Shown in pieces: positions 56,081 through 64,000 of a stretch of 64,000 nucleotides of DNA; position 1 is the first letter of the stretch; every line of letters starts with the position of its first letter. A program made the position numbers and the translations under genes. The stretch spans positions 7,792-71,791 of the forward strand of contig JAIPGG010000003.1 in the NCBI GenBank assembly GCA_021736255.1. The letters run 5' to 3'. The notes below the pieces were generated by a model. It was not told the origin of the DNA, did no database searches, and worked only from the letters and a program-made list of their open reading frames with translations. The DNA is from Spirochaetales bacterium (lineage in GTDB: Bacteria; Spirochaetota; Spirochaetia; JAIPGG01).

Positions 56081-57331
56081 ATGCTGATCGTATCGATTGC
56101 AGTTACCATAGTCTCTGCTTTCATTGTAATAACCCACCTCCTGCTTATCTTAGGAATCCTACGGGCCGGATTCAACGAAAAACGAATGGATACCGGCTCG
56201 CCGGGCAGCGCCGCAGACAGCGCCGCAGAATCCGGCCAAGCCCTCAAGGCCCGGAACGAAAGAGACGAAGCCAACCGGCTCCCCCCGGTGACCGTGATTA
56301 TTCCCGCCCGGGACGAAGAGAAAAACCTCCCCGCCCTGTTCCGGTCCTTGAAGAACCAGACGGACCAGGATTTTGAAATCGTCCTCGTAAACGACCGGTC
56401 CCAAGACAAGAGCCTGGAACTCATGCAGCAATTCTCCCGCGAACGCGGCGGTGTGACCCTGGTACAGCTTCCCGGCGGGCCGCGGACAGGCAACCCCAAA
56501 CAGTTTGCCCTGGCCAGAGGAATCGAACATGCCTCAGGTGCGATCCTCCTGTTCACCGACGCCGACTGCAGGGTACCGGAAAGCTGGATCGAAAAGATCC
56601 GGCAGTGTTTCACCGACCAGAAAACAGGACTCGTCTTCGGCCCGGTCCACACACGGTACAACGGAGAACATTCCGGTGAACCTTTGGGAAACGGGTTTTT
56701 GCGAAGATTTCTCGTTGGATACCAAGCCTTCGATCACATATTCCGATACTTTTACACCGTAGGCACGGCCGGTTTGGGAAACGGCACGGGGGGCTTCGGC
56801 AATAACCTGGCAATACGGCAGAAGACTCTGGAAGACATAGGCGGGTACGAATCCATCCCCTACTCGGTTACTGAGGATGCCGCACTTATCTCGGCGGTTC
56901 GAAGTCGCGGGATATATCGTATCGTTCCCCTTACTTCCCGGGCGGTAAAGATACAGGCCGAGCCAAAGCACCATTTGCGGGACTTGGCGAGTCAGGAAAT
57001 TCGCTGGTCTACCGGTGCGTTTTTTGCTCCGGACCGAAATACCCGCATGGGCTATATACTCGTCATGCTGTATCTGGCAGCCGGTTTTTTCGGCTTGATC
57101 GTGAGTCCATGGAAGCCGGGGATGCTCCTGATGACGATCTCCGCAATCGCGAGTATGAGCTCAATAGGCTTTTTGGGGGGGATACTCGCGGGAATGCCGC
57201 CGCTGCGGTATCTGCTGATGGTTGTTCCCTACGTGGTGTTCTCGATGTTTTTCTATCTCTTTTGTGATCTTCTGGCCGCCCTGCGAATCGACATCTCCTG
57301 GAAAGGCAGCACCCTCGACCGTATGGGATAG
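56081..57331 (+). CDS. membrane-anchored family 2 glycosyltransferase
   Basis: VTVIIPARDEEKNL..DFEIVLVNDRSQD, FTDADC and QEIRWS (QxxRW-like). TM segments flank the catalytic domain. Confidence 0.75.
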   Translation: MLIVSIAVTIVSAFIVITHLLLILGILRAGFNEKRMDTGSPGSAADSAAESGQALKARNERDEANRLPPVTVIIPARDEEKNLPALFRSLKNQTDQDFEIVLVNDRSQDKSLELMQQFSRERGGVTLVQLPGGPRTGNPKQFALARGIEHASGAILLFTDADCRVPESWIEKIRQCFTDQKTGLVFGPVHTRYNGEHSGEPLGNGFLRRFLVGYQAFDHIFRYFYTVGTAGLGNGTGGFGNNLAIRQKTLEDIGGYESIPYSVTEDAALISAVRSRGIYRIVPLTSRAVKIQAEPKHHLRDLASQEIRWSTGAFFAPDRNTRMGYILVMLYLAAGFFGLIVSPWKPGMLLMTISAIASMSSIGFLGGILAGMPPLRYLLMVVPYVVFSMFFYLFCDLLAALRIDISWKGSTLDRMG

Positions 57332-57364
57332 CAGGCTTTGCTGCAAAGGGTGCCGTACTAACTA

Positions 57365-59023
57365 TCAGAAGCGATAGGCTGCCTGTATTCCCAGATAGTT
57401 GTTTATCTCATTCTTCCCCGCAACAAGATCAGCGTTCGCTACGTACTCAAAGGTGTAGCCGAACGATGCCTCTATCTCTCCAGGTCCTAGCCGGCGGGCA
57501 ACCGATACATCGCCCCCCGCCTGCCAGATGTATTCGATGACCGACTGGGTAAGGAATTCGGTCGAATCGTTGAAGGTGGCGCCGCCGCTGCTCGAATAGC
57601 CGTCGTCGAAGATGCTGCCGTCCCCGATGCTCGCGAGGGATCCTTCGTCCTCGGAGGCGTTGCCGTGGCGGATCAGCCTGGCGGCCAGGTCTAGTTCTAT
57701 CGGATAGGCCGGCATGAGGGCTGCACGGAGAGAAAAGCGGTCGGAGTTGGGATCGAGGCCTGCGCCCAGACTGTAGCCGTCGTGGGTGTAGTTCTGGTAA
57801 TTGGGTTCACTCCGGTCTTCAGGCTTATGGGTGTACATGTAGGGGGCCGCCAACAGATAATCGAAAGAGATCTCCCGGAAGATGTTGGAAAGGGGTGTCC
57901 AAGAAATGCCGGTCTGAAAGGCGAGCTTGTACTTGGTGTCGAAATCGAACTCGGCCATGTCGGAGAAACCAAGATCATCGATAAAGATCTGGCCTGCGAG
58001 CTTGATATTGTCGAACAGGCGGTAGTCGGCGGTAAACCCGATAAGGGAGTTGTCGCCCACACCGACCAGAAACTGCTGATAGGTGAGCTGGCCCACCGGC
58101 AACAGGTAGACCGGCTCGAAGCGGCCCCCGTAGATTACCGATTCGAACATCCCGAGTTCGAGGTTCTCGGTGACCCGGAAGTTGATCCCGTGAAAAACCA
58201 TGTGTTTGTTGGGGTCTCTGCCGAGTCCCTCATCATCGGTAGCCGTCAGCTCGAGAAGCATCATGTAGTAATTGAAGAAATCGTTGCGCCAGATCAGGTT
58301 GTAACGCACGGCATGCGGCGCCTGGCGGCCGATAACCCCGCTGTTCTCCCAGAAGGGGCCGAAGGCTGTGCGCATCTGCCCCGCCTGAAAGTAGATCTCC
58401 GGCGTCCCGAGAGAGAGATCGGTGGTAATGCTCTGCAGGATCTGGAATTCCCGGTCTGCGACTTCGAATACCGAACTGTCGCCTACGAGGTCTCTCGGGC
58501 TGTATTGCCAGTACGGCAGGGCCATTCCGGTCTGGATGTCCTCCCTGCTTCCCGGGCTCCCCTGAGCGATCTGGGCCCCCTTCTGCTTGTCGATCAGATG
58601 GAGCCCCCAGTTCCCGGAGAGGGCGACGATGTCGCTGAAAAAGGCGGTTCCCTCCATATCGAGTCCGGTCAGGCCGAAGTACTCACTGCCGAGCTCACTG
58701 CGGCTCTCGTGAACCGGCGTAAAATGCAGATTGACGGTTGTGTCGAAGTCCCGAAGAAACTCTTCGGCGATACGGCGTTCACGCTCGGGGGCGGATGTGG
58801 CCACCTCCCTAAGGAGTTCTGTCACCAGCTGGGGGGAATAGGGCTGGATGGGCGGCAGCCGGCGGATGTAGCCCGCCCCCTCCCACTGATTCAGATATCG
58901 ATACAGGCGGCTGCTCGGATTGTTTGTCTGCTGTGCGTCGAGAGCCGGTATGCCCCAAATACTCAATATCACGAGGGTAATAGCCGGCAGGAGCAGCTTC
59001 TTGATTCTTCTCCGATAGTTCAT
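57365..59023 (-). CDS. outer-membrane beta-barrel protein (Wzi/capsule-assembly-like), paralog 1
   Basis: Signal peptide from the ATG at 59023 (MNYRRRIKKLLLPAITLVILSIWGIPALDAQ). It has alternating beta-strand patterns and a C-terminal AAYRF. It is similar along its length to the upstream ORF. Confidence 0.55.
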   Translation of the reverse strand: MNYRRRIKKLLLPAITLVILSIWGIPALDAQQTNNPSSRLYRYLNQWEGAGYIRRLPPIQPYSPQLVTELLREVATSAPERERRIAEEFLRDFDTTVNLHFTPVHESRSELGSEYFGLTGLDMEGTAFFSDIVALSGNWGLHLIDKQKGAQIAQGSPGSREDIQTGMALPYWQYSPRDLVGDSSVFEVADREFQILQSITTDLSLGTPEIYFQAGQMRTAFGPFWENSGVIGRQAPHAVRYNLIWRNDFFNYYMMLLELTATDDEGLGRDPNKHMVFHGINFRVTENLELGMFESVIYGGRFEPVYLLPVGQLTYQQFLVGVGDNSLIGFTADYRLFDNIKLAGQIFIDDLGFSDMAEFDFDTKYKLAFQTGISWTPLSNIFREISFDYLLAAPYMYTHKPEDRSEPNYQNYTHDGYSLGAGLDPNSDRFSLRAALMPAYPIELDLAARLIRHGNASEDEGSLASIGDGSIFDDGYSSSGGATFNDSTEFLTQSVIEYIWQAGGDVSVARRLGPGEIEASFGYTFEYVANADLVAGKNEINNYLGIQAAYRF

Positions 59024-59057
59024 TTTCAGGTCCTTCCTTGATGTACAGCATATCTCG

Positions 59058-60740
59058 TCAGAGATGATATTCCACGGAGGAAACCCACTGAATGTCGGTG
59101 TGCCGGTTTCCTGCAACATGCTCATAGTTGTCGATGGTAATCCACCAGAGCCGGGTCGAAAGCGACCAGTCAGGCCCGAGATCGAGCATCCCCTTCAGCC
59201 CAAAGAGCAGTTTGTGTTCAGGATTGTCTCCTGAGGGGGTGGTTTCTTTGATCGACGGGTCTCCCTTGATCAGATAGTCGTTGACCGTGTTTTCTCCCTT
59301 GACCTGGTAGGAGGCTTCGAAGCCGATAAGCCAGGATTCCGGCAGTCGATAATCGATCGCAAGGGTTGTAACGATCGCATCGGGCCCAGCGAAGTAGCCG
59401 ATCGGCTGGTTGATCTTTTTGTAGCCGAGAAACTCGGATTTCACCTCCCGGCGGGAGGTGAAGTTCAAAATCGGATGGTCATCCAGGTAGAAAAAGGGAT
59501 CGGTATAGACGAACTCGAGGTATCCCCCCAGATAGCCGGGTCCGGCAGGATAGGCAGCCTCCACTCCGGCAAGGTATCCCCGGGCCTGCGGGAAATCCGC
59601 CGCTCCCGGATACGTCTCCAGTTCATAAGCGGCCTGTATCTGGTCTACCCCCAGCTGACCGTAGACATTGATCCCGGGAAAGGGGGTAATATCCAGCTCC
59701 AGGGTGATAAAGGTGTTCTGGTATTCCGAACGGTAATAGCCGTGATAGATATAAAAGGGGTTCCAGTAGCGCAGCTCGGGAAACTTGCCGGCCCAAATCA
59801 TTTCCTCGCTGAGGGAAAAGCCGATGAAATCAAAAAGCCGCAGCTCCAGGCGGTGGCTGAAGAAGTACTTGTACTGCTCGTAGTCGCCATCCGGCGGCGA
59901 GGGGGCCTGAGCGTCAAGAACAGGATCACTCGCAAAGGCCTCCCACCCTTCCATGCTCATGACAACCGTTGAAAACTTGAAGTTGCCGAAGAAGGTCGTA
60001 AAGCGCAGGTAATCCTGCCAGTCCATTGCGTCGGAGAGGACCAGGCTTCCGGTATTTCCGTTTCCCCAGAAGAGGTGGTCCCGCCCGGCCTGGAGGTTCC
60101 AGTTCTCCCCCCCTACCGAGAGGTATCCGCGGAAGGGAAACTGGGTATCGATCCCCGGATACTCGAATGGGATATTCGTGTAGTTGTCCGGATCGTCGGA
60201 GACGGTAAAGGGATCCTTTTTGAGCTCGATCTCCATGGTGCTGTAGAAAAACGATGAAACCCAGAGTTCGAGGGGAATATGGAGGAGAGGCTTCCGCTCA
60301 CGATAGCTGTATTCCCAGCCGGTATTCTCGCTCTCCCTGTATTGCTCATTCCGGTACTCTGGGTCGGTGCGGACATAACCCTCTACAGCCAGATCGAGAG
60401 CCGCATTGACCGCCGCAAGGTCCCCCTCCCGATAGAGAACACGCGGTTCAAGCGAGGAGATCAGCTCCTTGTACACAGCCCTGCCGGCGGGAGAAAGCTC
60501 TGCCGGCTGCACCTTCTCTAAAAGCCTCCGGAACTCTGCTGCCGACCAGGGGCGGGTTGCCCAGGGCTTGGCCAGACCGGATTCGAGATAGAGGATCTCC
60601 AGATTCTGGTATGCCCGGTCGTCTGCGGGGATAATGTTCTGATCGTTCTGTGCGTACAGAACCTGTCCGAATAATACCAGTCCTGCTCCAAACAGAATCG
60701 TGAGAGCAAGGCCAAACCTCATGGTGCCGTTTTTTCGCAT
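59058..60740 (-). CDS. outer-membrane beta-barrel protein (Wzi/capsule-assembly-like), paralog 2
   Basis: Signal peptide MRFGLALTILFGAGLVLFGQVLYAQ and an N-terminal helical motif YQNLEILYLESGL..PWSAAEFRRLLEKV, comparable to YRYLNQWEGAGYI..PYSPQLVTELLREV in paralog 1. Confidence 0.55.
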   Translation of the reverse strand: MRKNGTMRFGLALTILFGAGLVLFGQVLYAQNDQNIIPADDRAYQNLEILYLESGLAKPWATRPWSAAEFRRLLEKVQPAELSPAGRAVYKELISSLEPRVLYREGDLAAVNAALDLAVEGYVRTDPEYRNEQYRESENTGWEYSYRERKPLLHIPLELWVSSFFYSTMEIELKKDPFTVSDDPDNYTNIPFEYPGIDTQFPFRGYLSVGGENWNLQAGRDHLFWGNGNTGSLVLSDAMDWQDYLRFTTFFGNFKFSTVVMSMEGWEAFASDPVLDAQAPSPPDGDYEQYKYFFSHRLELRLFDFIGFSLSEEMIWAGKFPELRYWNPFYIYHGYYRSEYQNTFITLELDITPFPGINVYGQLGVDQIQAAYELETYPGAADFPQARGYLAGVEAAYPAGPGYLGGYLEFVYTDPFFYLDDHPILNFTSRREVKSEFLGYKKINQPIGYFAGPDAIVTTLAIDYRLPESWLIGFEASYQVKGENTVNDYLIKGDPSIKETTPSGDNPEHKLLFGLKGMLDLGPDWSLSTRLWWITIDNYEHVAGNRHTDIQWVSSVEYHL

Positions 60741-60831
60741 GGAGGAAGTTTATGGTGCCGATTGTTTTGCGTCAAGATACGAATAGTGCCGGCTTCTGTT
60801 TTTCTTACTGCCGTTTATCTTGTGTAATGTG

Positions 60832-60860
60832 TTGACCTTCTCGATTCTATTCAATATATT
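60832..60860 (+). promoter_or_regulatory. sigma70-type promoter TTGACC-17 nt-TATATT of the CoADR-fusion gene
   Basis: Read directly: -35 at 60832-60837 and -10 at 60855-60860, 43 nt upstream of the ATG at 60903. Confidence 0.45.
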
Positions 60861-60878
60861 TTTATCGAAATATATTGA
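60851..60878. promoter_or_regulatory. 11-bp perfect inverted repeat TCAATATATTT-N6-AAATATATTGA (candidate repressor operator)
   Basis: Read directly. The left arm covers the predicted -10 hexamer. Confidence 0.5.
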
Positions 60879-60902
60879 TTGAAACATTCATGGGAGGCCA
60901 CG

Positions 60903-63410
60903 ATGAAAATAGTAATAGTAGGCGGCGTAGCAGGCGGCGCATCCACAGCTGCTCGGTTAAGGCGGTTGGATGAAGATGCGCAGATAATCATGTTCGAACG
61001 GGGAGAATACGTCTCCTATGCAAATTGCGGCCTCCCCTATTACCTCGGAGGGACAATAACCGACCGGGAACGACTTTTTGTTCAAAACCCGGAAAAATTC
61101 AAGAAAAACTACAACATCGAAGTGCGTATCCGCTCCGAGGTCGAACAGATAGACCGGGAAAAGAAGGAAATTACCGTCAAGAACCTCGAATCCGGCGAGG
61201 AATACTCCGAATCATATGATAAACTCGTTCTTTCGCCGGGGGCCGAACCGATCCGCCCTCCCATACCCGGCATCAAAGAAGAGGGGATTTTCACCCTCCG
61301 GAATGTTCCCGATACCGACAGGATCCGGGAATTCCTCGATCAAAAGAAGCCCAAACGCGCAGTTATCGTTGGAGCCGGCTATATCGGTCTGGAGATGGCG
61401 GAAAACCTTCATAACCGGGGAATCTTCGTGACCATCGTGGAGATGTCCGACCAGGTTATGAATGTCCTGGACTACGAAATGGCCTCCCTGGTCCATCAGC
61501 ACCTGAAGACGAAAAAGGTCGAATTCTACCTGAACGACGCGGTTTCCTCCTTCAATCGAAGGAACAACCGGCTGGAGGTTACTCTCAACAGCGGGAAAAG
61601 TCTGAATACCGACCTCGTAATACTCTCCATCGGAGTCAGACCGGACAGCAGCCTTGCCAAAGATGCCGGCCTGGACACAGGAGAGAGGGGCGGTATCGTG
61701 GTCGACAACTTCATGGCAACGAAAGACCCGGATATCTATGCCCTCGGAGATGCCGTAGAAATGGCCAACCCCATCACAGGGATTCCCGGCGCCATCCCCC
61801 TCGCCGGTCCGGCAAATAAACAGGGCAGAATAGTCGGCGACAACATCATTTTCGGGAACAGGAAAACCTTTGCAGGCGCCATCGGAACGGCAATTGCCCG
61901 GGTATTCGATATTACCGTTGCTACTACAGGTGTATCCGAGAAAGCCCTCAAAAAAGCGGGAATGAACTACACTTCATCGATTATCCACTCATCTGCTCAC
62001 GCCGGTTACTACCCGAATGCCATGCCTGTTACCATCAAGACGATTTTCAATCCGGACGACGGGCGGCTCTACGGATCACAAATCGTAGGCTACGAAGGGG
62101 TCGATAAACGGATCGATCTCTTTGCCTCGGTGCTCCGAATCGGCGGCTCGGTATTCAACCTGGAGGAACTCGAACACGCCTATGCTCCCCCTTACTCTTC
62201 AGCGAAGGACCCAATCAACTATGCCGGATTCGTTGCGGAAAACATCGTCAACGGTTTGAGCCGGCACATCCACTGGAAGCAGCTTTTGGAAATGGATGAG
62301 CGCAAGATCTTCCTCCTGGATGTCCGCACTCGGGAAGAAAATGAACTCGGCACCATTGAGGGAGCAGTTAATATTCCCATGGACGAAATCCGCGGGCGAA
62401 TCGATGAGATTCCACGAGACAAATCGATCATCGTATTCTGTCAGGTGGGTCTGCGCGGCTACCAGGTCGAAAGAGTTCTCCGGCAGCGCGGTTTCGAGGA
62501 TATTTACAATCTCTCGGGAGGGTACAAAACCTACGAATTCGTAACTCAGAAGCAGAGCAACGAGGACATTTATGACGGTGAATACATCGACATCGATGAT
62601 CAGATATATCAGAAAACCCCGAGTCCTAAAAGTGAAATCATTGAGCTCGACGCTTCCGGGCTCCAGTGCCCCGGTCCCATTATGAAACTCAAACAGCAGA
62701 TTGACCAAATCGATACGGGTACACAGATCCGTGAAGTAGCTACCGATCCGGGATTTGCCAAAGATGTGGCCTCCTGGTGCAACATGACCGGCAACCAGCT
62801 CGTCGACCTCAAGGAGGAAGGGGCCACCGTTACAGCGGTTATAGAGAAGGCCGGAGGGGAACCATGGACCGGTGCACCTGCAAAGCAGTCAGGAGAACCC
62901 CGAAGTGCAACAGGCATCACCACCGGCAAACCGGTACCCACCCAGGAAGTTACCCAGGTCGTTTTCAGCGATGAACTGGACCGCGGGCTTGCCACCTTTG
63001 TTATCGCCAACGGCGCTGCCTCCTCCGGAAAGCAGGTCACCCTCTTTTTTACCTTTTGGGGACTCAACCTGTTGAAAAAACAAAACAGCCCCCGGGTCAA
63101 AAAGGACTTCATGGGAAAAATGTTCGGTATGATGCTGCCGTCTCACACCGGTAAATTGAAACTGTCCAAACTCAATATGGGTGGAATGGGATCAAAAATG
63201 ATGAGAAAACGGATGAAGAAGCTGAACATCGATTCCCTCGAACAGATGATTCACGAGGCCAAGAAAAGCGGTGTTCGAATCGTAGCCTGCCGGATGTCTA
63301 TGGACGTGATGGGAGTAAAAGAGGAAGAACTAATCGACGGTATCGAGATCGGCGGAGTAGCCGCTTATCTGGAAGCAGCGGGGACGGCCGGTGTAAATCT
63401 TTTTATATGA
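60903..63410 (+). CDS. CoA-disulfide/persulfide reductase fused to rhodanese, TusA-like and DsrE-like domains
   Basis: The ATG at 60903 (SD GGGAGG) gives MKIVIVGGVAGGAS. The redox Cys is in SYANCGLPYY, the rhodanese Cys in FCQVGLRGY, the TusA CPxP motif in LQCPGPIMKL, and a DsrE-like C-terminus has VACRMSMDVMG. Confidence 0.85.
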   Translation: MKIVIVGGVAGGASTAARLRRLDEDAQIIMFERGEYVSYANCGLPYYLGGTITDRERLFVQNPEKFKKNYNIEVRIRSEVEQIDREKKEITVKNLESGEEYSESYDKLVLSPGAEPIRPPIPGIKEEGIFTLRNVPDTDRIREFLDQKKPKRAVIVGAGYIGLEMAENLHNRGIFVTIVEMSDQVMNVLDYEMASLVHQHLKTKKVEFYLNDAVSSFNRRNNRLEVTLNSGKSLNTDLVILSIGVRPDSSLAKDAGLDTGERGGIVVDNFMATKDPDIYALGDAVEMANPITGIPGAIPLAGPANKQGRIVGDNIIFGNRKTFAGAIGTAIARVFDITVATTGVSEKALKKAGMNYTSSIIHSSAHAGYYPNAMPVTIKTIFNPDDGRLYGSQIVGYEGVDKRIDLFASVLRIGGSVFNLEELEHAYAPPYSSAKDPINYAGFVAENIVNGLSRHIHWKQLLEMDERKIFLLDVRTREENELGTIEGAVNIPMDEIRGRIDEIPRDKSIIVFCQVGLRGYQVERVLRQRGFEDIYNLSGGYKTYEFVTQKQSNEDIYDGEYIDIDDQIYQKTPSPKSEIIELDASGLQCPGPIMKLKQQIDQIDTGTQIREVATDPGFAKDVASWCNMTGNQLVDLKEEGATVTAVIEKAGGEPWTGAPAKQSGEPRSATGITTGKPVPTQEVTQVVFSDELDRGLATFVIANGAASSGKQVTLFFTFWGLNLLKKQNSPRVKKDFMGKMFGMMLPSHTGKLKLSKLNMGGMGSKMMRKRMKKLNIDSLEQMIHEAKKSGVRIVACRMSMDVMGVKEEELIDGIEIGGVAAYLEAAGTAGVNLFI

Positions 63411-63418
63411 GCTGCAGA

Positions 63419-64000
63419 TCACAGTTCTTCGAGGGTGATCTTCCGCAATCCATCGATATCACCGAACTCGTCGATGAACCGTTCTACCGCAAAGTGGCGG
63501 GGAACATAAAGGAGGATCCGGAAAGTCGTCTCTTTCTCTGAATGGGAGTACGAAAGATTGACCGAACGGATCCTCATTCCGAAATCCAAAGCGGCCCGCT
63601 TCAATGATTCGGAGGTCAAAGAGCCGGTACGAACCGAAACAGTCAAGACCTTCAGAATACGCTGCTTAAAAATCCGGTGCTCAAAACGATTGAGAACAAT
63701 CAGGGCAAAGAGTATCAGAACAAAGGTGATCACCGAGGTATAATAAAGACCTGCGCCGATGGTAAGCCCGAGGGCGGCAACCGCCCATATCGAAGCGGCC
63801 GTAGTAAGCCCGCGGATATCGGCACCGAATTTGATAATCGCCCCGGCACCGAGAAAACCGATACCGGACACCACCTGAGCGGCAATTCGGCCCGGATCAC
63901 CCTCTCCTCCTGCGTTAAAAAGAACAGGCACGGCGATCGATACGAGCATGAGGATCGTCGCTCCTAAACTGATCAGAATATGGGTGCGAAACCCGGCCGG
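63419..64000 (-). CDS. mgtC: MgtC/SapB family membrane protein (5' end beyond the window)
   Basis: GIGFLGAGAIIKFGADIRGLTTAASIWAVAALGLTIGAGLY plus a C-terminal ACT-like domain. The frame stays open to position 64000 (..PAGFRTHILISLGATILMLVS). Confidence 0.75.
   Translation of the reverse strand, partial: PAGFRTHILISLGATILMLVSIAVPVLFNAGGEGDPGRIAAQVVSGIGFLGAGAIIKFGADIRGLTTAASIWAVAALGLTIGAGLYYTSVITFVLILFALIVLNRFEHRIFKQRILKVLTVSVRTGSLTSESLKRAALDFGMRIRSVNLSYSHSEKETTFRILLYVPRHFAVERFIDEFGDIDGLRKITLEEL

Noticed and set aside
57332-57364. Convergent intergenic gaps were checked for intrinsic terminators. Besides this one, I checked 43453-43471, 18622-18643, 45433-45467 and 49089-49146.
   Set aside because: They contain only 4-5 bp stems without U-tracts, which is not convincing enough to annotate. 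Only the 31091-31104 palindrome is listed, and with low confidence.

Overview
This is a gene-dense chromosomal window with about 60 protein-coding genes. Most lie on the minus strand, and many have 1-4 nt start/stop overlaps that imply long operons. I recognised no rRNA, tRNA, CRISPR array, transposase or integrase. All family calls come from motifs read by eye in the ORF track; no HMM or BLAST search was run. The gene content (Rnf complex, LolCDE-like transporter, beta-barrel outer-membrane proteins, type-2 IleRS, GH57, PEGA protein) suggests an anaerobic diderm bacterium, possibly spirochaete-like, but this is inference only.

Layout:
- 0.1-17 kb: one co-directional minus-strand array, miaA-rpoZ-cmk-like-yicC-murC-clpC-mcsB-mcsA-lolCDE-like-MORN protein-ftsY-PEGA protein-cheY-like-prfB. 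prfB carries the classic +1 frameshift.
- 17 kb: an orphan Cas2-like gene.
- 18.6-27.7 kb: GH57, rnfCDGEAB, an unknown membrane protein and a DUF212 protein.
- 27.9-32.2 kb: pseudouridine synthase, a P-loop/Asp23 fusion, a TPR secreted protein, and a pcnB-like gene with no canonical start codon.
- 32.2-37.4 kb: the most interesting locus. A Fur-family regulator with two palindromic operators heads an operon encoding a DUF5320 protein, two NifX-like proteins, two MinD-ferredoxin ATPases, Mrp/ApbC and a COG1237 MBL hydrolase. I interpret this as an uncharacterised metallocluster-handling system.
- 37.4-64 kb: hisS, an M28/glutaminyl-cyclase-like protein, a ClpX paralog lacking the zinc finger, an HrpA-like helicase, aroB, an ArsR/Mth938 pair, BI-1, cysteine desulfurase-thiI, an FmdB zinc ribbon, hisF-hisH, ileS, mtnP, a GT2, two tandem beta-barrel OMP paralogs, a four-domain CoADR-rhodanese-TusA-DsrE sulfur-trafficking fusion with an operator over its -10, and a partial mgtC.
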